Assembly (NCBI GenBank): GCA_964348825.1
Contig: CAYGDX010000005.1
Coordinates: 1 to 63,998 of the forward strand
Reading direction: 5' to 3'
DNA: 63,998 nucleotides
Source of the DNA: an uncultured Gammaproteobacteria bacterium
Lineage (GTDB): Bacteria > Patescibacteriota > Patescibacteriia > Veblenbacterales > UBA10138
The notes below the pieces were generated by a model. That model was not told the origin of the DNA, searched no databases, and was given only the letters and a program-made list of their open reading frames with translations. Numbering within the stretch: position 1 is the first letter of the stretch; every line of letters starts with the position of its first letter. Position numbers and translations under genes: made by a program. This document shows positions 55,344 through 63,881 of the stretch, piece after piece.

Positions 55344-55709
55344 TTGAGGGAAATTAAGTTTAGGGCATGGGATAGGGCGACAAAATTAATGTTTGTAATA
55401 TTCGATAACGAGGGAGAAAATTGGTTTCTCCCTAAATGGAAAAGCAATTACGAGGTAATGGAATTCACGGGACTTCTTGACGAAGAAGGTAAAGAAATTT
55501 ACGAAGGTGATCTTGCTGAAAATGACGGAAGGATATACCAAGTTGTATGGATGCCTAATCACGCAAAATGGGGCGTAAAGGTTATTAAGACAACCCATGT
55601 ATTATCAAAAAATATGACCTTTCCAATTTGGCAATACGTACACGAAGGAACAAGCACAACAAATTTCAAGGTAATCGGCAATATCCACGAAACGCAGGAG
55701 GCCAACTAA
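55344..55709 (+). CDS. YopX family protein
   Basis: IKFRAWD...EFTGLLDEEGKEIYEGD...VIGNIHE. Confidence 0.8.
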   Translation: MREIKFRAWDRATKLMFVIFDNEGENWFLPKWKSNYEVMEFTGLLDEEGKEIYEGDLAENDGRIYQVVWMPNHAKWGVKVIKTTHVLSKNMTFPIWQYVHEGTSTTNFKVIGNIHETQEAN

Positions 55710-55873
55710 TGTCCGACAACAAAGAGAAATCAAACAAGCCACAAATTAAGGTTTATCTCAGAGATGAAGATGAGGTAAAAATATTCAAGGAGCAGGCTGA
55801 GAAGAAAGGTTATTCAGCTAGTGCATGGCTAAGGGGATTGGGTATTAAGGATATTGGGAAGAAGGGGAAGTAA
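55709..55873 (+). CDS. MobC-type ribbon-helix-helix protein
   Basis: IKVYLRDEDEVKIFKEQAEKKGYSASAWLRGLGI fits the relaxosome accessory RHH pattern. Confidence 0.5.
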   Translation: MSDNKEKSNKPQIKVYLRDEDEVKIFKEQAEKKGYSASAWLRGLGIKDIGKKGK

Positions 55874-55876
55874 GAG

Positions 55877-56296
55877 ATGGGAATAACAATAAGCTCAAAA
55901 AGGCATAGTTGCGACATGGGGTATGGCGGTTTTGGTAGGTTTAGAAACGTGGTAGCCGAAAAGGTGAGTAAAAAATTCAGTGAGCATTATGTAAGCATGG
56001 ATAAGCCAGAGGTTATGTTTTTGTCTGGAAGTAGTAGGGATGATTTTTTCAAAAAGTATGATGCAACTACAGAGGAACTCATAGAGCAAAAAGAAGTAAC
56101 GGAAGAAGTGGCTAATTTCTTGTACCAAACAGATTGCAACGGCAAGATAGACAGAAAACAAGCCAAGGAAATATACTCGCTAATTAAAGAATGTGATGAC
56201 AATATTAGTTTTGGTTATTCTGGTAGAAAAGATTGTGCCAAAATGTCAGATTTGAAGAGTATTTTTTCTGACGGTACAAAGGTTGAATGGCGTTGA
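55877..56296 (+). CDS. Hypothetical protein
   Basis: 139-aa ORF, coupled. Confidence 0.5.
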   Translation: MGITISSKRHSCDMGYGGFGRFRNVVAEKVSKKFSEHYVSMDKPEVMFLSGSSRDDFFKKYDATTEELIEQKEVTEEVANFLYQTDCNGKIDRKQAKEIYSLIKECDDNISFGYSGRKDCAKMSDLKSIFSDGTKVEWR

Positions 56297-56366
56297 ATTT
56301 TCTCCGCTAGTGCATCATCCAGAAGTGGGCCTTAAAGCAGTTGAAGAGGGGGAGGGAGTAAGAGGG

Positions 56367-56522
56367 ATGATTTGTAAAAATAGTAAACTTAAAAAGATTA
56401 GATATTGTGAACATGGAACGGTGACTATTACAGTTTGCCTATTAACTGGAAAGGAGTGCCATTCTCACGGATTCGAGGAACAATGCACAGTGGAAAGCAA
56501 AGCTGTTAAAGAAATATTGTAG
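56367..56522 (+). CDS. Small Cys-rich protein
   Basis: ATG after GGGGGAGGGAG; 51 aa. Confidence 0.4.
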   Translation: MICKNSKLKKIRYCEHGTVTITVCLLTGKECHSHGFEEQCTVESKAVKEIL

Positions 56523-56535
56523 GGGGGGATGAAGG

Positions 56536-56913
56536 ATGGATAATTGCCGATTAAGACCGTATCCAGCAGGACTGAAGGATTCCGATATCTACGGTTACGC
56601 TTTAGTTGATGAAAATGGGCATTATGTCGCAAGTAAATACTTACTAGTCAAAAAGGGTAGTGAGGTCGTCGCTACAAGATCAAAAAAATATATAACCGAT
56701 GGTTTTTATTATTTCTCCACTCAGGATAAAGCAGAGGAGGAATTAAGGGAACTCAATGCCATGAACGAAAAGTACCAATTAAATAAAGAGTTTAGTATTA
56801 AGAAATTTAACAAGAAAGAAAATTCTATGATGGAATCAAAAGAATGTGAGTCTGATAATTTCTATGAGCGAAAAGCTTTCTTTAGGAATTCAGAAATAAT
56901 TACGCCGTTATAA
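56536..56913 (+). CDS. Hypothetical protein
   Basis: 125-aa ORF after GGGGGGGATGAAGG. Confidence 0.5.
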   Translation: MDNCRLRPYPAGLKDSDIYGYALVDENGHYVASKYLLVKKGSEVVATRSKKYITDGFYYFSTQDKAEEELRELNAMNEKYQLNKEFSIKKFNKKENSMMESKECESDNFYERKAFFRNSEIITPL

Positions 56914-56918
56914 ATAAG

Positions 56919-56955
56919 TAAAGCCCAACTCACAAGAGAAGGGCTTTTATTTTTA
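56919..56955. terminator. Bidirectional terminator between convergent operons
   Basis: AAGCCC-N14-GGGCTT followed by TTATTTTT. Confidence 0.6.
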
Positions 56956-57050
56956 TATTAGCATATATGGATAGTGTGCTTTTTCTCAACTCTCCCTTTC
57001 CCGTTCCTTATCCCTTGCACACCCTCAACCTCTCGCCCTCTCTTTGTTTT

Positions 57051-57713
57051 TCATATCAACAACGGCAATAACTTAAAGGCCATCAACGCCATCCCTGCCA
57101 ACGTCAACGTATTCCCGAACAAAACTACAGCTTGAGTCGTATCATCAGATGTTGGAATCTCTGCTGGAACAGGCGGTCTATCTGGCAGCTCATTCTTATC
57201 CGTGAGATTATTCTTGATGACCTCCAAGTATTTCTCAAAGTTGTCATTGTCCCTAAAGTGTTCGCCTATCTCGATTCTGACCTTTTCCTTGATGGAGTCT
57301 GAGGTTATTTCTCGTTCATAGGTGACAGAATCCCTCGGTACATATTTCCCCGTTCCTCCGCTACTTATTTTCTTGCCGATTCGTGCTGTGATATATTTGC
57401 CAAGGTTATTTCCCAAGAACATAGCTTGACTAATTCCATATCCCTCGGGCAATCCGATCACTATCTGCTTATCAATCATCTTGCTCCACATGGCAAGGTT
57501 ATATGCTCCAAGTTCAGGATTACTTTCTGACCAAAATAGGGAGGTCTGAGAGGGGTTGTTGGATGGATAGGGGTAGAGATAGTATAACGAACTCTCGTTG
57601 GCTTGAGAGAGGTTTGGGAAGCTGAGGGAGAGTCCAACCATGATTAGTAGGATGGATAGGGCTAGGCTTCTTTTGATTGAGGATTTACGTAGGACTATGA
57701 ACATTTCGATCAC
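57051..57713 (-). CDS. Secreted protein with C-terminal membrane anchor
   Basis: N-terminal signal/TM LALSILLIMVGLSLSF and C-terminal TM AVVLFGNTLTLAGMALMAFKLLPLLI. Confidence 0.6.
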   Translation of the reverse strand: MIEMFIVLRKSSIKRSLALSILLIMVGLSLSFPNLSQANESSLYYLYPYPSNNPSQTSLFWSESNPELGAYNLAMWSKMIDKQIVIGLPEGYGISQAMFLGNNLGKYITARIGKKISSGGTGKYVPRDSVTYEREITSDSIKEKVRIEIGEHFRDNDNFEKYLEVIKNNLTDKNELPDRPPVPAEIPTSDDTTQAVVLFGNTLTLAGMALMAFKLLPLLI

Positions 57714-58444
57714 TCCTTCATTAATGGTCGTGGGTCAATCGCTTTTCCACCAACTCTAATTTCCATATGCAAATGTGGGCCTTTAGAATTCCCTGCTCCT
57801 TGCGTACCTTTCGTTCCTCCACTTAAACCAACTTGAATAGAATTACCCCACAGTCTATCTCCCTTCTTAACTGCAACCTTTGACAGATGAGCATAGAGTG
57901 TTTGCCATCCAGTACCATGTTCGACTAAAACGTAGTTTCCATAAACCTCATGCAATCCGACAACGGCAACCTTTCCTTCGCGTGATGCCTTGACGATAGT
58001 TCCCTCTTTGCAATCAATATCAATTCCATGATGCTCCGTTCCCTTGAACTCTTGAGTGATGGTTCCCGATAGTGGATAGTTGAAGCGTATTGTTGATGGC
58101 CTGAGTTTTTCGTATAAGGAAATGCCCGGGGGGTATTTACTCGCACCAACTCCAGCGAAGGGAATATTCTCCTTTTCCTCAGTCCATGAAGTAACTGCGT
58201 CAACAACTCCTACGGCCTTCTCTACACCGTTCTTTGTCTCAGTATAGGCAATGCTAAGGTCGTGAACATCATCGGCAACACGGGTTAAGTATGGGCCTAC
58301 AGTACCAACTATAGTCAAGGCTACTCCTGCCCAAAAAAGATACTTAACAATATGCTTTGAACTTGGTAGGGCAATTTCGACAAATACTCTGACTAATACA
58401 TAGAGGGCAGATAATCGGATTAAATCGGTAATCATTTGGGCCAC
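57710..58444 (-). CDS. Membrane-anchored M23 (LytM) peptidoglycan peptidase
   Basis: Two N-terminal TMs. Catalytic HHGID (HxxxD) and HLH (HxH) motifs. Confidence 0.85.
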   Translation of the reverse strand: MAQMITDLIRLSALYVLVRVFVEIALPSSKHIVKYLFWAGVALTIVGTVGPYLTRVADDVHDLSIAYTETKNGVEKAVGVVDAVTSWTEEKENIPFAGVGASKYPPGISLYEKLRPSTIRFNYPLSGTITQEFKGTEHHGIDIDCKEGTIVKASREGKVAVVGLHEVYGNYVLVEHGTGWQTLYAHLSKVAVKKGDRLWGNSIQVGLSGGTKGTQGAGNSKGPHLHMEIRVGGKAIDPRPLMKE

Positions 58445-58656
58445 ACGCCTTTACTGACTGATTCGGCAACTCCCATGAATCCACTTAATGAACTTAGTAC
58501 CATTACGGCTAATGAAGCAATTGCAAATATGTTGAGATATATTCTATAGCGTCCATAACCGAAAATATCTAATCCAATCCCAAATACAAACAATGCGGCC
58601 GCCACTTTAAGGACAAGGTACATATTTTGAATTGCAATTTCAGCCGGACTTGCCAT
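58432..58656 (-). CDS. Small two-TM membrane protein
   Basis: 74 aa, hydrophobic, overlapping both neighbours. Confidence 0.55.
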   Translation of the reverse strand: MASPAEIAIQNMYLVLKVAAALFVFGIGLDIFGYGRYRIYLNIFAIASLAVMVLSSLSGFMGVAESVSKGVWPK

Positions 58657-59356
58657 TGTGCGTCAACTCCTTCTGTCGATATTCCTCCCTCTTTTTAAGT
58701 GCAATTCTCCAGCAAAGTTCTCTGAGCTTATCGAGTTGATAGAATTCTAATCTGACGTTTTTCATGTTTGATAGTTCTTTGAGTAGTTGCTCCTTGATGT
58801 TGTCATAGGGGCCGGTAGTGACTACGGTTAATGATAGATATTGATCTTGAGCGAAGGTTTCAAATAATGCTCGATAGTTTTTGTTCCAACGATTTGATGA
58901 TTCATTTACTTGGAATTCACCAAAACAGTAAATGCTACCGTAAACTTTGTGGTCAATGACTCCATAGCAATCAGAGATGGGAAGGGTTTTGTTTTTCTCA
59001 TAAAATCTCCTTTCCTCTGATTTGAAATAGGTTAGCGTTTGATTGCCTTGAGAATCAAGTGCTTTTAAGTTCCATGCTGTATAAATCCATGATTTGCCTA
59101 GCCTGTGCTGAATTTGGTCTGGACGTTTTGAGTCGTAATCATGGAACCAATCGGGCATATCGGACCATTTCATTTCAACTCGTTTGATGAGCTTATCTTC
59201 GACTAAACGCTTAGTGCATCGGTGAGACATTTCGGTTGAGACATTCCAAAACTCAAGTAAATGTATTTGCTCCTGCGACAAGACGCTGCAAGCTTCGAGA
59301 TGGGCTAGAACTCGTTGATCTCGCTTCCTTCCTCGGGCGTGGGTAGAAGGGTTCAT
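58640..59356 (-). CDS. Replication-relaxation family protein (putative relaxase-like)
   Basis: RDQRVLAHLEACSVLSQEQIHLLEF...RCTKRLVEDKLIKRVE winged-helix start typical of the family. GAGG SD. Overlaps the ftsK-like 3' end by 104 nt. Confidence 0.6.
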   Translation of the reverse strand: MNPSTHARGRKRDQRVLAHLEACSVLSQEQIHLLEFWNVSTEMSHRCTKRLVEDKLIKRVEMKWSDMPDWFHDYDSKRPDQIQHRLGKSWIYTAWNLKALDSQGNQTLTYFKSEERRFYEKNKTLPISDCYGVIDHKVYGSIYCFGEFQVNESSNRWNKNYRALFETFAQDQYLSLTVVTTGPYDNIKEQLLKELSNMKNVRLEFYQLDKLRELCWRIALKKREEYRQKELTHNGKSG

Positions 59357-60611
59357 GTTCGTATACCTCGCCTTCTATGTCGTGGTAGGGGAGTGGGGTT
59401 TTTGGGAGTTGGGACATAAGCTGATGGAATTGTTCGGGCTGTTTATTCTCGGTAGGGAAATAGGGTGTCTGAACTTCTTCCTCTGTATCGTATTTGTAGA
59501 TTGCTCTACCTGGTGTCTTGGGAATATTCGCAGCCTTATCGCTCTCTAATATCATTTGGCTGTTAATTCTATCGGACATTCGGAAAGCTAAACGTGCTTC
59601 GAATTGGCTTTTGAACTCAGTAAATAGTTTTCCGTTTCCCCAGGCTTTTGCGGAAGGTCGTTGGGTAGCTGCTATAACATAGATTCCTTGCGAACGATAT
59701 TTCTTGACTGACCTCAGAAGCAATTCAGCACAATATTTATCTTCGCCAACCATGTCGCATTCGTCCACAAGTAGCACACAATAGGGCATATGATTTCCCT
59801 TGATGGAATTGTACTCAAGAATATCCCTGCACCGTCCTAGCTTGTTTTTACGCTCCTTGTCTGATTTGTCGATAAGGTATAGGAGTTGAGTGTAATCCCA
59901 TTCTTCATGGACGAATGTGGCTCCGTAATCCTCGAAGTATTCAAATTCCTTATTCTTTGGTCCGATAATAGCTGTCTGAACATAATCTCTTTTGGTGAGT
60001 TTATTTAGAAGTAAAAGGGTGTAAATAATTTGGTGCATTGCTGTAGATTTGCCTTTACCTCTAAGGCCTACTATTAATAACGAGTAGATAACTGCCAAGT
60101 CTTGCACGATAGGACCGTTTGCACCGTGACCAATAAGGATGGGGAGCTTCATTGTTTTCAGATAAGGCGTTGGGTCAAATGCGTAGGTGTAGGATTTTTC
60201 TAGGGCAATGTTTGAGATGGTCATGTAGGTGGCTCCACCGTTATGTTCAATTTCGCAAGAACCACCAACCGCAGTAGCGAAGAAATGCTCTTTTCCCTTA
60301 AAGTCCTCATACGAGATTCCCGGTGGTAAGTGAATAACCAAATGCCAAGTCTGCTTTAGTTTTGGTCTGACTTTTAGCCAATAGATAATTTCTTGGGGAG
60401 TTAGTTTTTTTGGGATGATAGGCTTTAGGCTTTGCTTTTCTTTTGGGGAGAGTAGAGTTTTTTTGTGTATGAACGGTTTGAGTGGAGCTTTAGCATAGAG
60501 GATTTCAATAGAATCATAGACAGCAGATGGAATTTCGGAATCCGGGCCACGATAGATAGCTCTCATAAAACCATCTTTTAGTTGGTCAACGAAATCATTA
60601 TGCTTTTTCAT
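59253..60611 (-). CDS. FtsK/SpoIIIE-family DNA translocase / coupling ATPase (no TM segment)
   Basis: Walker A GLRGKGKST, Walker B VLLVDECDM, IAATQRPS motif. Confidence 0.85.
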   Translation of the reverse strand: MKKHNDFVDQLKDGFMRAIYRGPDSEIPSAVYDSIEILYAKAPLKPFIHKKTLLSPKEKQSLKPIIPKKLTPQEIIYWLKVRPKLKQTWHLVIHLPPGISYEDFKGKEHFFATAVGGSCEIEHNGGATYMTISNIALEKSYTYAFDPTPYLKTMKLPILIGHGANGPIVQDLAVIYSLLIVGLRGKGKSTAMHQIIYTLLLLNKLTKRDYVQTAIIGPKNKEFEYFEDYGATFVHEEWDYTQLLYLIDKSDKERKNKLGRCRDILEYNSIKGNHMPYCVLLVDECDMVGEDKYCAELLLRSVKKYRSQGIYVIAATQRPSAKAWGNGKLFTEFKSQFEARLAFRMSDRINSQMILESDKAANIPKTPGRAIYKYDTEEEVQTPYFPTENKQPEQFHQLMSQLPKTPLPYHDIEGEVYEHEPFYPRPRKEARSTSSSPSRSLQRLVAGANTFT

Positions 60612-60741
60612 TGTTCATCTCTCTAAAAAGATCGACTGACATTAAGGCAACAATAATTTCCTCATCATACTTAGCTGTGATGCCATAGTCTTTGATAGCC
60701 TTACGGATTAGTTTTTGGATCTTGGTTATGTCGATTGTCAT
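60598..60741 (-). CDS. Small hypothetical protein (47 aa), first gene of the minus operon
   Basis: Hand-translated MTIDITKIQKLIRKAIKDYGITAKYDEEIIVALMSVDLFREMNNEKA; overlaps the ftsK-like start. Confidence 0.45.
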   Translation of the reverse strand: MTIDITKIQKLIRKAIKDYGITAKYDEEIIVALMSVDLFREMNNEKA

Positions 60742-60865
60742 CTTTCATTTCCCCTTCCAACGTTCTTATCAACGTTTACGTCGATGATAAAGAGTATTCA
60801 AACGAAATGCGTTAATGCTAGGTAATTAATGGAATGAATAAACGAACCCCGTTAGTGGCAGGATA

Positions 60866-60900
60866 ATAAAAATACCTCGACCATTACGGCTGAGGTATTT
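60866..60900 (-). terminator. Intrinsic terminator after the small 35-aa gene
   Basis: AATACCTC-N13-GAGGTATT with T-run on the minus strand; the stop codon lies in the loop. Confidence 0.55.
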
Positions 60901-60991
60901 GGGAGAGAATCAGATTGACTAGAAAGTCGGATAATTGTTGTAATTCTTGGTAATCGTCCTCATTTGGAAGAATTCTGACGATTTCTATCAT
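60884..60991 (-). CDS. 35-aa protein, paralog of 63869..63979
   Basis: Hand-translated MIEIVRILPNEDDYQELQQLSDFLVNLILSQIPQP; AAAGGAGGG SD and own terminator. Confidence 0.5.
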   Translation of the reverse strand: MIEIVRILPNEDDYQELQQLSDFLVNLILSQIPQP

Positions 60992-61008
60992 CTCTTTCCC
61001 TCCTTTGA

Positions 61009-61017
61009 TGGTATAAT
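61009..61017 (+). promoter_or_regulatory. Extended -10 element upstream of the serine recombinase
   Basis: TGgTATAAT. Confidence 0.4.
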
Positions 61018-61070
61018 TTATGCACCAACAAAGTTGTCCTAAAACAAAAAGGGGGAAATATATTTTGAAG

Positions 61071-62690
61071 ATGGATGCTTTTTATGGACGTAACTCTACG
61101 GATGAACAAGCCGAGAAGGGAACGATTGACGCACAGATTGATTATGCTAAAAAATACTTTAATTTAAACGACATTACCGATTACGAAATGTATCTTGATG
61201 AAGCAACGTCTGGAACGATTGCACTAAGCAACAGGGAAAATGCCTCTAAGATGCTAGAGGATGCGAAACGTGGGAAGATTAAGACTGTTTATGTTTATCG
61301 CTTGGATAGATTAGCAAGAAGTGTGAAGCATGTTTTAGATACCTATGAATTCTTAGAATCCTATAATGTACGTCTTGTTAGCATGACCGAAGCCTTTGAC
61401 ACTGGCACACCTACGGGTAAGTTCTTTATGACTCTTCTAGCGAGTATAGCAGCACTTGAGAGAGACACAATCTTAGAGAGGACACAAATGGGCAAGGATC
61501 GTAACGCAAGGGCTGGAAAGTGGGTTTCTGGAGCTTCGCCGTTTGGTTATCGCATAGGGGATGACGGAAAGCTCGTTATTTATGATCCAGAAGCGGAAAC
61601 GGTGAGGCTCATATTTAAGCTTTACTCTGAGGGAATGACCATGTTTGAGTTGGCAAAATATCTTAATGCTAAGGGAGTGGAAACCCCTGCAACATCTAAG
61701 AAAACAAAGGGAGTAAGCACAGGGAAATGGCACGCAGGACACATTTCTATTGTTCTCAAAACAGAAGCATATACAGGAATTTACGGATATCTTCAACGTT
61801 CAAAACGCAATAGAGATATTATCGAGGTCGACGTTCCGATGCTTATTGATGTAGAAACTTTTAACGAAATACAAAAGAAAATTCTTATCAATGCTGATAG
61901 TGCAAGAGGAAAGAGGGGGAGACTGTACTTGCTTCGTGGAGTTATATATTGCGGTCATTGCGGAAGGGCTATGATAGGTAATGCAGCAGGAACCAATCGC
62001 TCCTATTATCGCTGTACGGCTACAAATGATCAGGGGCAGGGTAAAACTTGCACAGCTAAACAAATAAAGGCTACAAGCATAGAGAATGCCGTGTGGGACG
62101 ATATATTGGAGATAGTAAGGTATCCGGAACAATTCAGGGAGTATGTAGAAAGATCGATTGCCAATACTAAAAAGGTAATGGAACCTATATACGATGAATT
62201 ATCGGAAGTGGAGGAATCGATTACTAAAAAGCAAAAGGCGAAAGAAAGAATTCTCTCATTAATTAACAGGGATATGGTTTCCGATAAGGATGCAGAAAAG
62301 GAACTCAAATCTATTTCCTTGGAGCTAAGGTCGCTGACTTCACGCAAGGAGCATTTATTTGAGCAACAGGAAAAATCAAAGTCGATTGAAACGGAAACGA
62401 TAAACTCACAAGTTGTATTTGACTACATTCTTAATCAATCGGAGATTCTTGATCCGGTGGTAAAGTCTCGAATTGTCCGTGGTCTTGTTAAGAAGATAGA
62501 AGTATTCACCATTGAGCAAGAAGACGACAAAAGGGGAAATAGAGCCGTTATATCTTATCGCTTAGGTCGTAGTTTGGAGTTAAGTCTTTTAAGAGATACT
62601 AGAACACAAACTACACTTCCAAATATAGAAAGCACCTGGGAGTTCCAGGCGTTTTCTAGACATGGAGGGCATAGAATCAGATGGCGGTAG
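61071..62690 (+). CDS. Large serine recombinase
   Basis: FYGRNSTDEQ catalytic Ser region, resolvase domain, recombinase domain, zinc ribbon CGHCG...YYRC, coiled-coil. Confidence 0.9.
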   Translation: MDAFYGRNSTDEQAEKGTIDAQIDYAKKYFNLNDITDYEMYLDEATSGTIALSNRENASKMLEDAKRGKIKTVYVYRLDRLARSVKHVLDTYEFLESYNVRLVSMTEAFDTGTPTGKFFMTLLASIAALERDTILERTQMGKDRNARAGKWVSGASPFGYRIGDDGKLVIYDPEAETVRLIFKLYSEGMTMFELAKYLNAKGVETPATSKKTKGVSTGKWHAGHISIVLKTEAYTGIYGYLQRSKRNRDIIEVDVPMLIDVETFNEIQKKILINADSARGKRGRLYLLRGVIYCGHCGRAMIGNAAGTNRSYYRCTATNDQGQGKTCTAKQIKATSIENAVWDDILEIVRYPEQFREYVERSIANTKKVMEPIYDELSEVEESITKKQKAKERILSLINRDMVSDKDAEKELKSISLELRSLTSRKEHLFEQQEKSKSIETETINSQVVFDYILNQSEILDPVVKSRIVRGLVKKIEVFTIEQEDDKRGNRAVISYRLGRSLELSLLRDTRTQTTLPNIESTWEFQAFSRHGGHRIRWR

Positions 62691-62985
62691 GACTCATTAG
62701 CCGACATACCCTACCTACGTTTTGGGAAGCAAACTTATTGGCCTTGACTTCCGTTTCTGTTTGTTGCATATCTATTCCTATTCCGCATGTACCGTGATCG
62801 TGTGCTAGGTGATATGTTTCGTGAGCTATTGTTTCTGCCGTGCATTCCTTGGATAGAGAATCGTCAATAAAAACATGGGATACATTTTTCCGAGAAACAT
62901 AGACGAAGCCTTTAACTTCTCCACCCAGTGGGACTAAGTGAAATTTAACTCCGTCTAAGTCGGATGAATGAAAATCCTGTCCCAT
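62677..62985 (-). CDS. ImmA/IrrE-family metallopeptidase
   Basis: AHETYHLAHDHG (HExxH). Downstream of the XRE repressor. 14-nt convergent overlap with the recombinase. Confidence 0.8.
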   Translation of the reverse strand: MGQDFHSSDLDGVKFHLVPLGGEVKGFVYVSRKNVSHVFIDDSLSKECTAETIAHETYHLAHDHGTCGIGIDMQQTETEVKANKFASQNVGRVCRLMSPTAI

Positions 62986-63039
62986 ACTGTCGCCTCCTAG
63001 TTGAAATTGGAGTAATTTGTATTAACCCATAGAGACACA

Positions 63040-63066
63040 AAATCCCAGGGCGTCATTGCCCTGGGT
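63040..63066 (-). terminator. Hairpin/terminator between repressor and ImmA
   Basis: CCCAGGGC-N6-GCCCTGGG perfect 8-bp stem, ATTTTGTG after it on the minus strand. Confidence 0.6.
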
Positions 63067-63070
63067 TTAG

Positions 63071-63469
63071 TTATTCACCTGCCTCTTCGTCCTCCACTAT
63101 TTTAATGTATCTTATTATACGTTTAATAGTTTCTTTTTTGAGGGGTCTTACTTGTTTGAATAATAATTTCAATTCATCCCTCTTTGATAAATCTTTAAAA
63201 AAGGAGAGTAATTCCTCATCGCCCTCCAATGCAAGGGCTATTTTTTTTATTGGAGAATCATTATTATCCTTTCCGTGGAGAATGTAATCGGTAGATACTT
63301 CGAGCAGATTGGACAGTTTGGGTAATTCCTCTGAATCGACAGGAGTATAACCTCGTTCCCAATTTGAAAGGACTTGGCGAGATACACCGATTTTGTCAGC
63401 AAGTTCTTGTTGCTTGAAACCACGGCGATCACGTAAGTCACGTATTCGATTTCCGACTGCATTAATCAT
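63071..63469 (-). CDS. CI-like XRE-family repressor
   Basis: IRDLRDRRGFKQQELADKIGVSRQVLSNWERG HTH plus C-terminal oligomerisation region. Confidence 0.85.
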   Translation of the reverse strand: MINAVGNRIRDLRDRRGFKQQELADKIGVSRQVLSNWERGYTPVDSEELPKLSNLLEVSTDYILHGKDNNDSPIKKIALALEGDEELLSFFKDLSKRDELKLLFKQVRPLKKETIKRIIRYIKIVEDEEAGE

Positions 63470-63523
63470 ATGAGAATTCCTCCAATCTAAATTATAGCAT
63501 AACCAATTTATATATTAAATAAT

Positions 63524-63579
63524 TGTACGGAATATGATTGTTTTTTGAAATAAGCCATTGACATGTACGGATTATGATT
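63524..63579. promoter_or_regulatory. Two 16-nt operator-like direct repeats in the switch region
   Basis: TGTACGGAATATGATT (63524-63539) and TGTACGGATTATGATT (63564-63579). Confidence 0.55.
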
Positions 63580-63586
63580 ATAAAAT
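63558..63586 (+). promoter_or_regulatory. Early rightward promoter (PR-like)
   Basis: TTGACA, 17-nt spacer, TAAAAT. The spacer is the second operator repeat. Confidence 0.6.
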
Positions 63587-63635
63587 AAGAACGTACCCAA
63601 GTAATATATTCCAAAAATAGAAAAGAGGTGAAAAG

Positions 63636-63881
63636 GTGATTAGGGACAATGTAAGGGACATAAGGGAAGCTAAAGGGATTACTGGAAGTCATGTTGCAGA
63701 AAAAATAGGCTTTACCCCGCAGGGATATCGTCATATTGAAAAGGGTAATTCTCGACTACAGGCCGAAACACTTAAGTCTATTGCTGTAGTATTAGAGGAA
63801 CCAGTATCAGTTTTTTTTGATCGAGAACAAACGGAATCCGTACTACAGAGGATTGGCGGTGAGGTCAAATGTACGAAATAG
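63636..63881 (+). CDS. Cro-like XRE-family regulator
   Basis: IREAKGITGSHVAEKIGFTPQGYRHIEKG HTH; GTG after AAGAGGTG. Confidence 0.8.
   Translation: MIRDNVRDIREAKGITGSHVAEKIGFTPQGYRHIEKGNSRLQAETLKSIAVVLEEPVSVFFDREQTESVLQRIGGEVKCTK

Larger units (their letters stand above)
54246..62690. mobile_element. Integrative-mobilizable-element-like module embedded in the phage (replication, mobilization, serine recombinase)
   Basis: Gene content listed below. Boundaries are approximate and not defined by repeats. Confidence 0.4.

Noticed and set aside
60884-60991. Arbitrium-like peptide communication (small peptides near the lysogeny switch)
   Set aside because: Neither 35-aa protein has a signal sequence, and no AimR-like TPR receptor gene is present.
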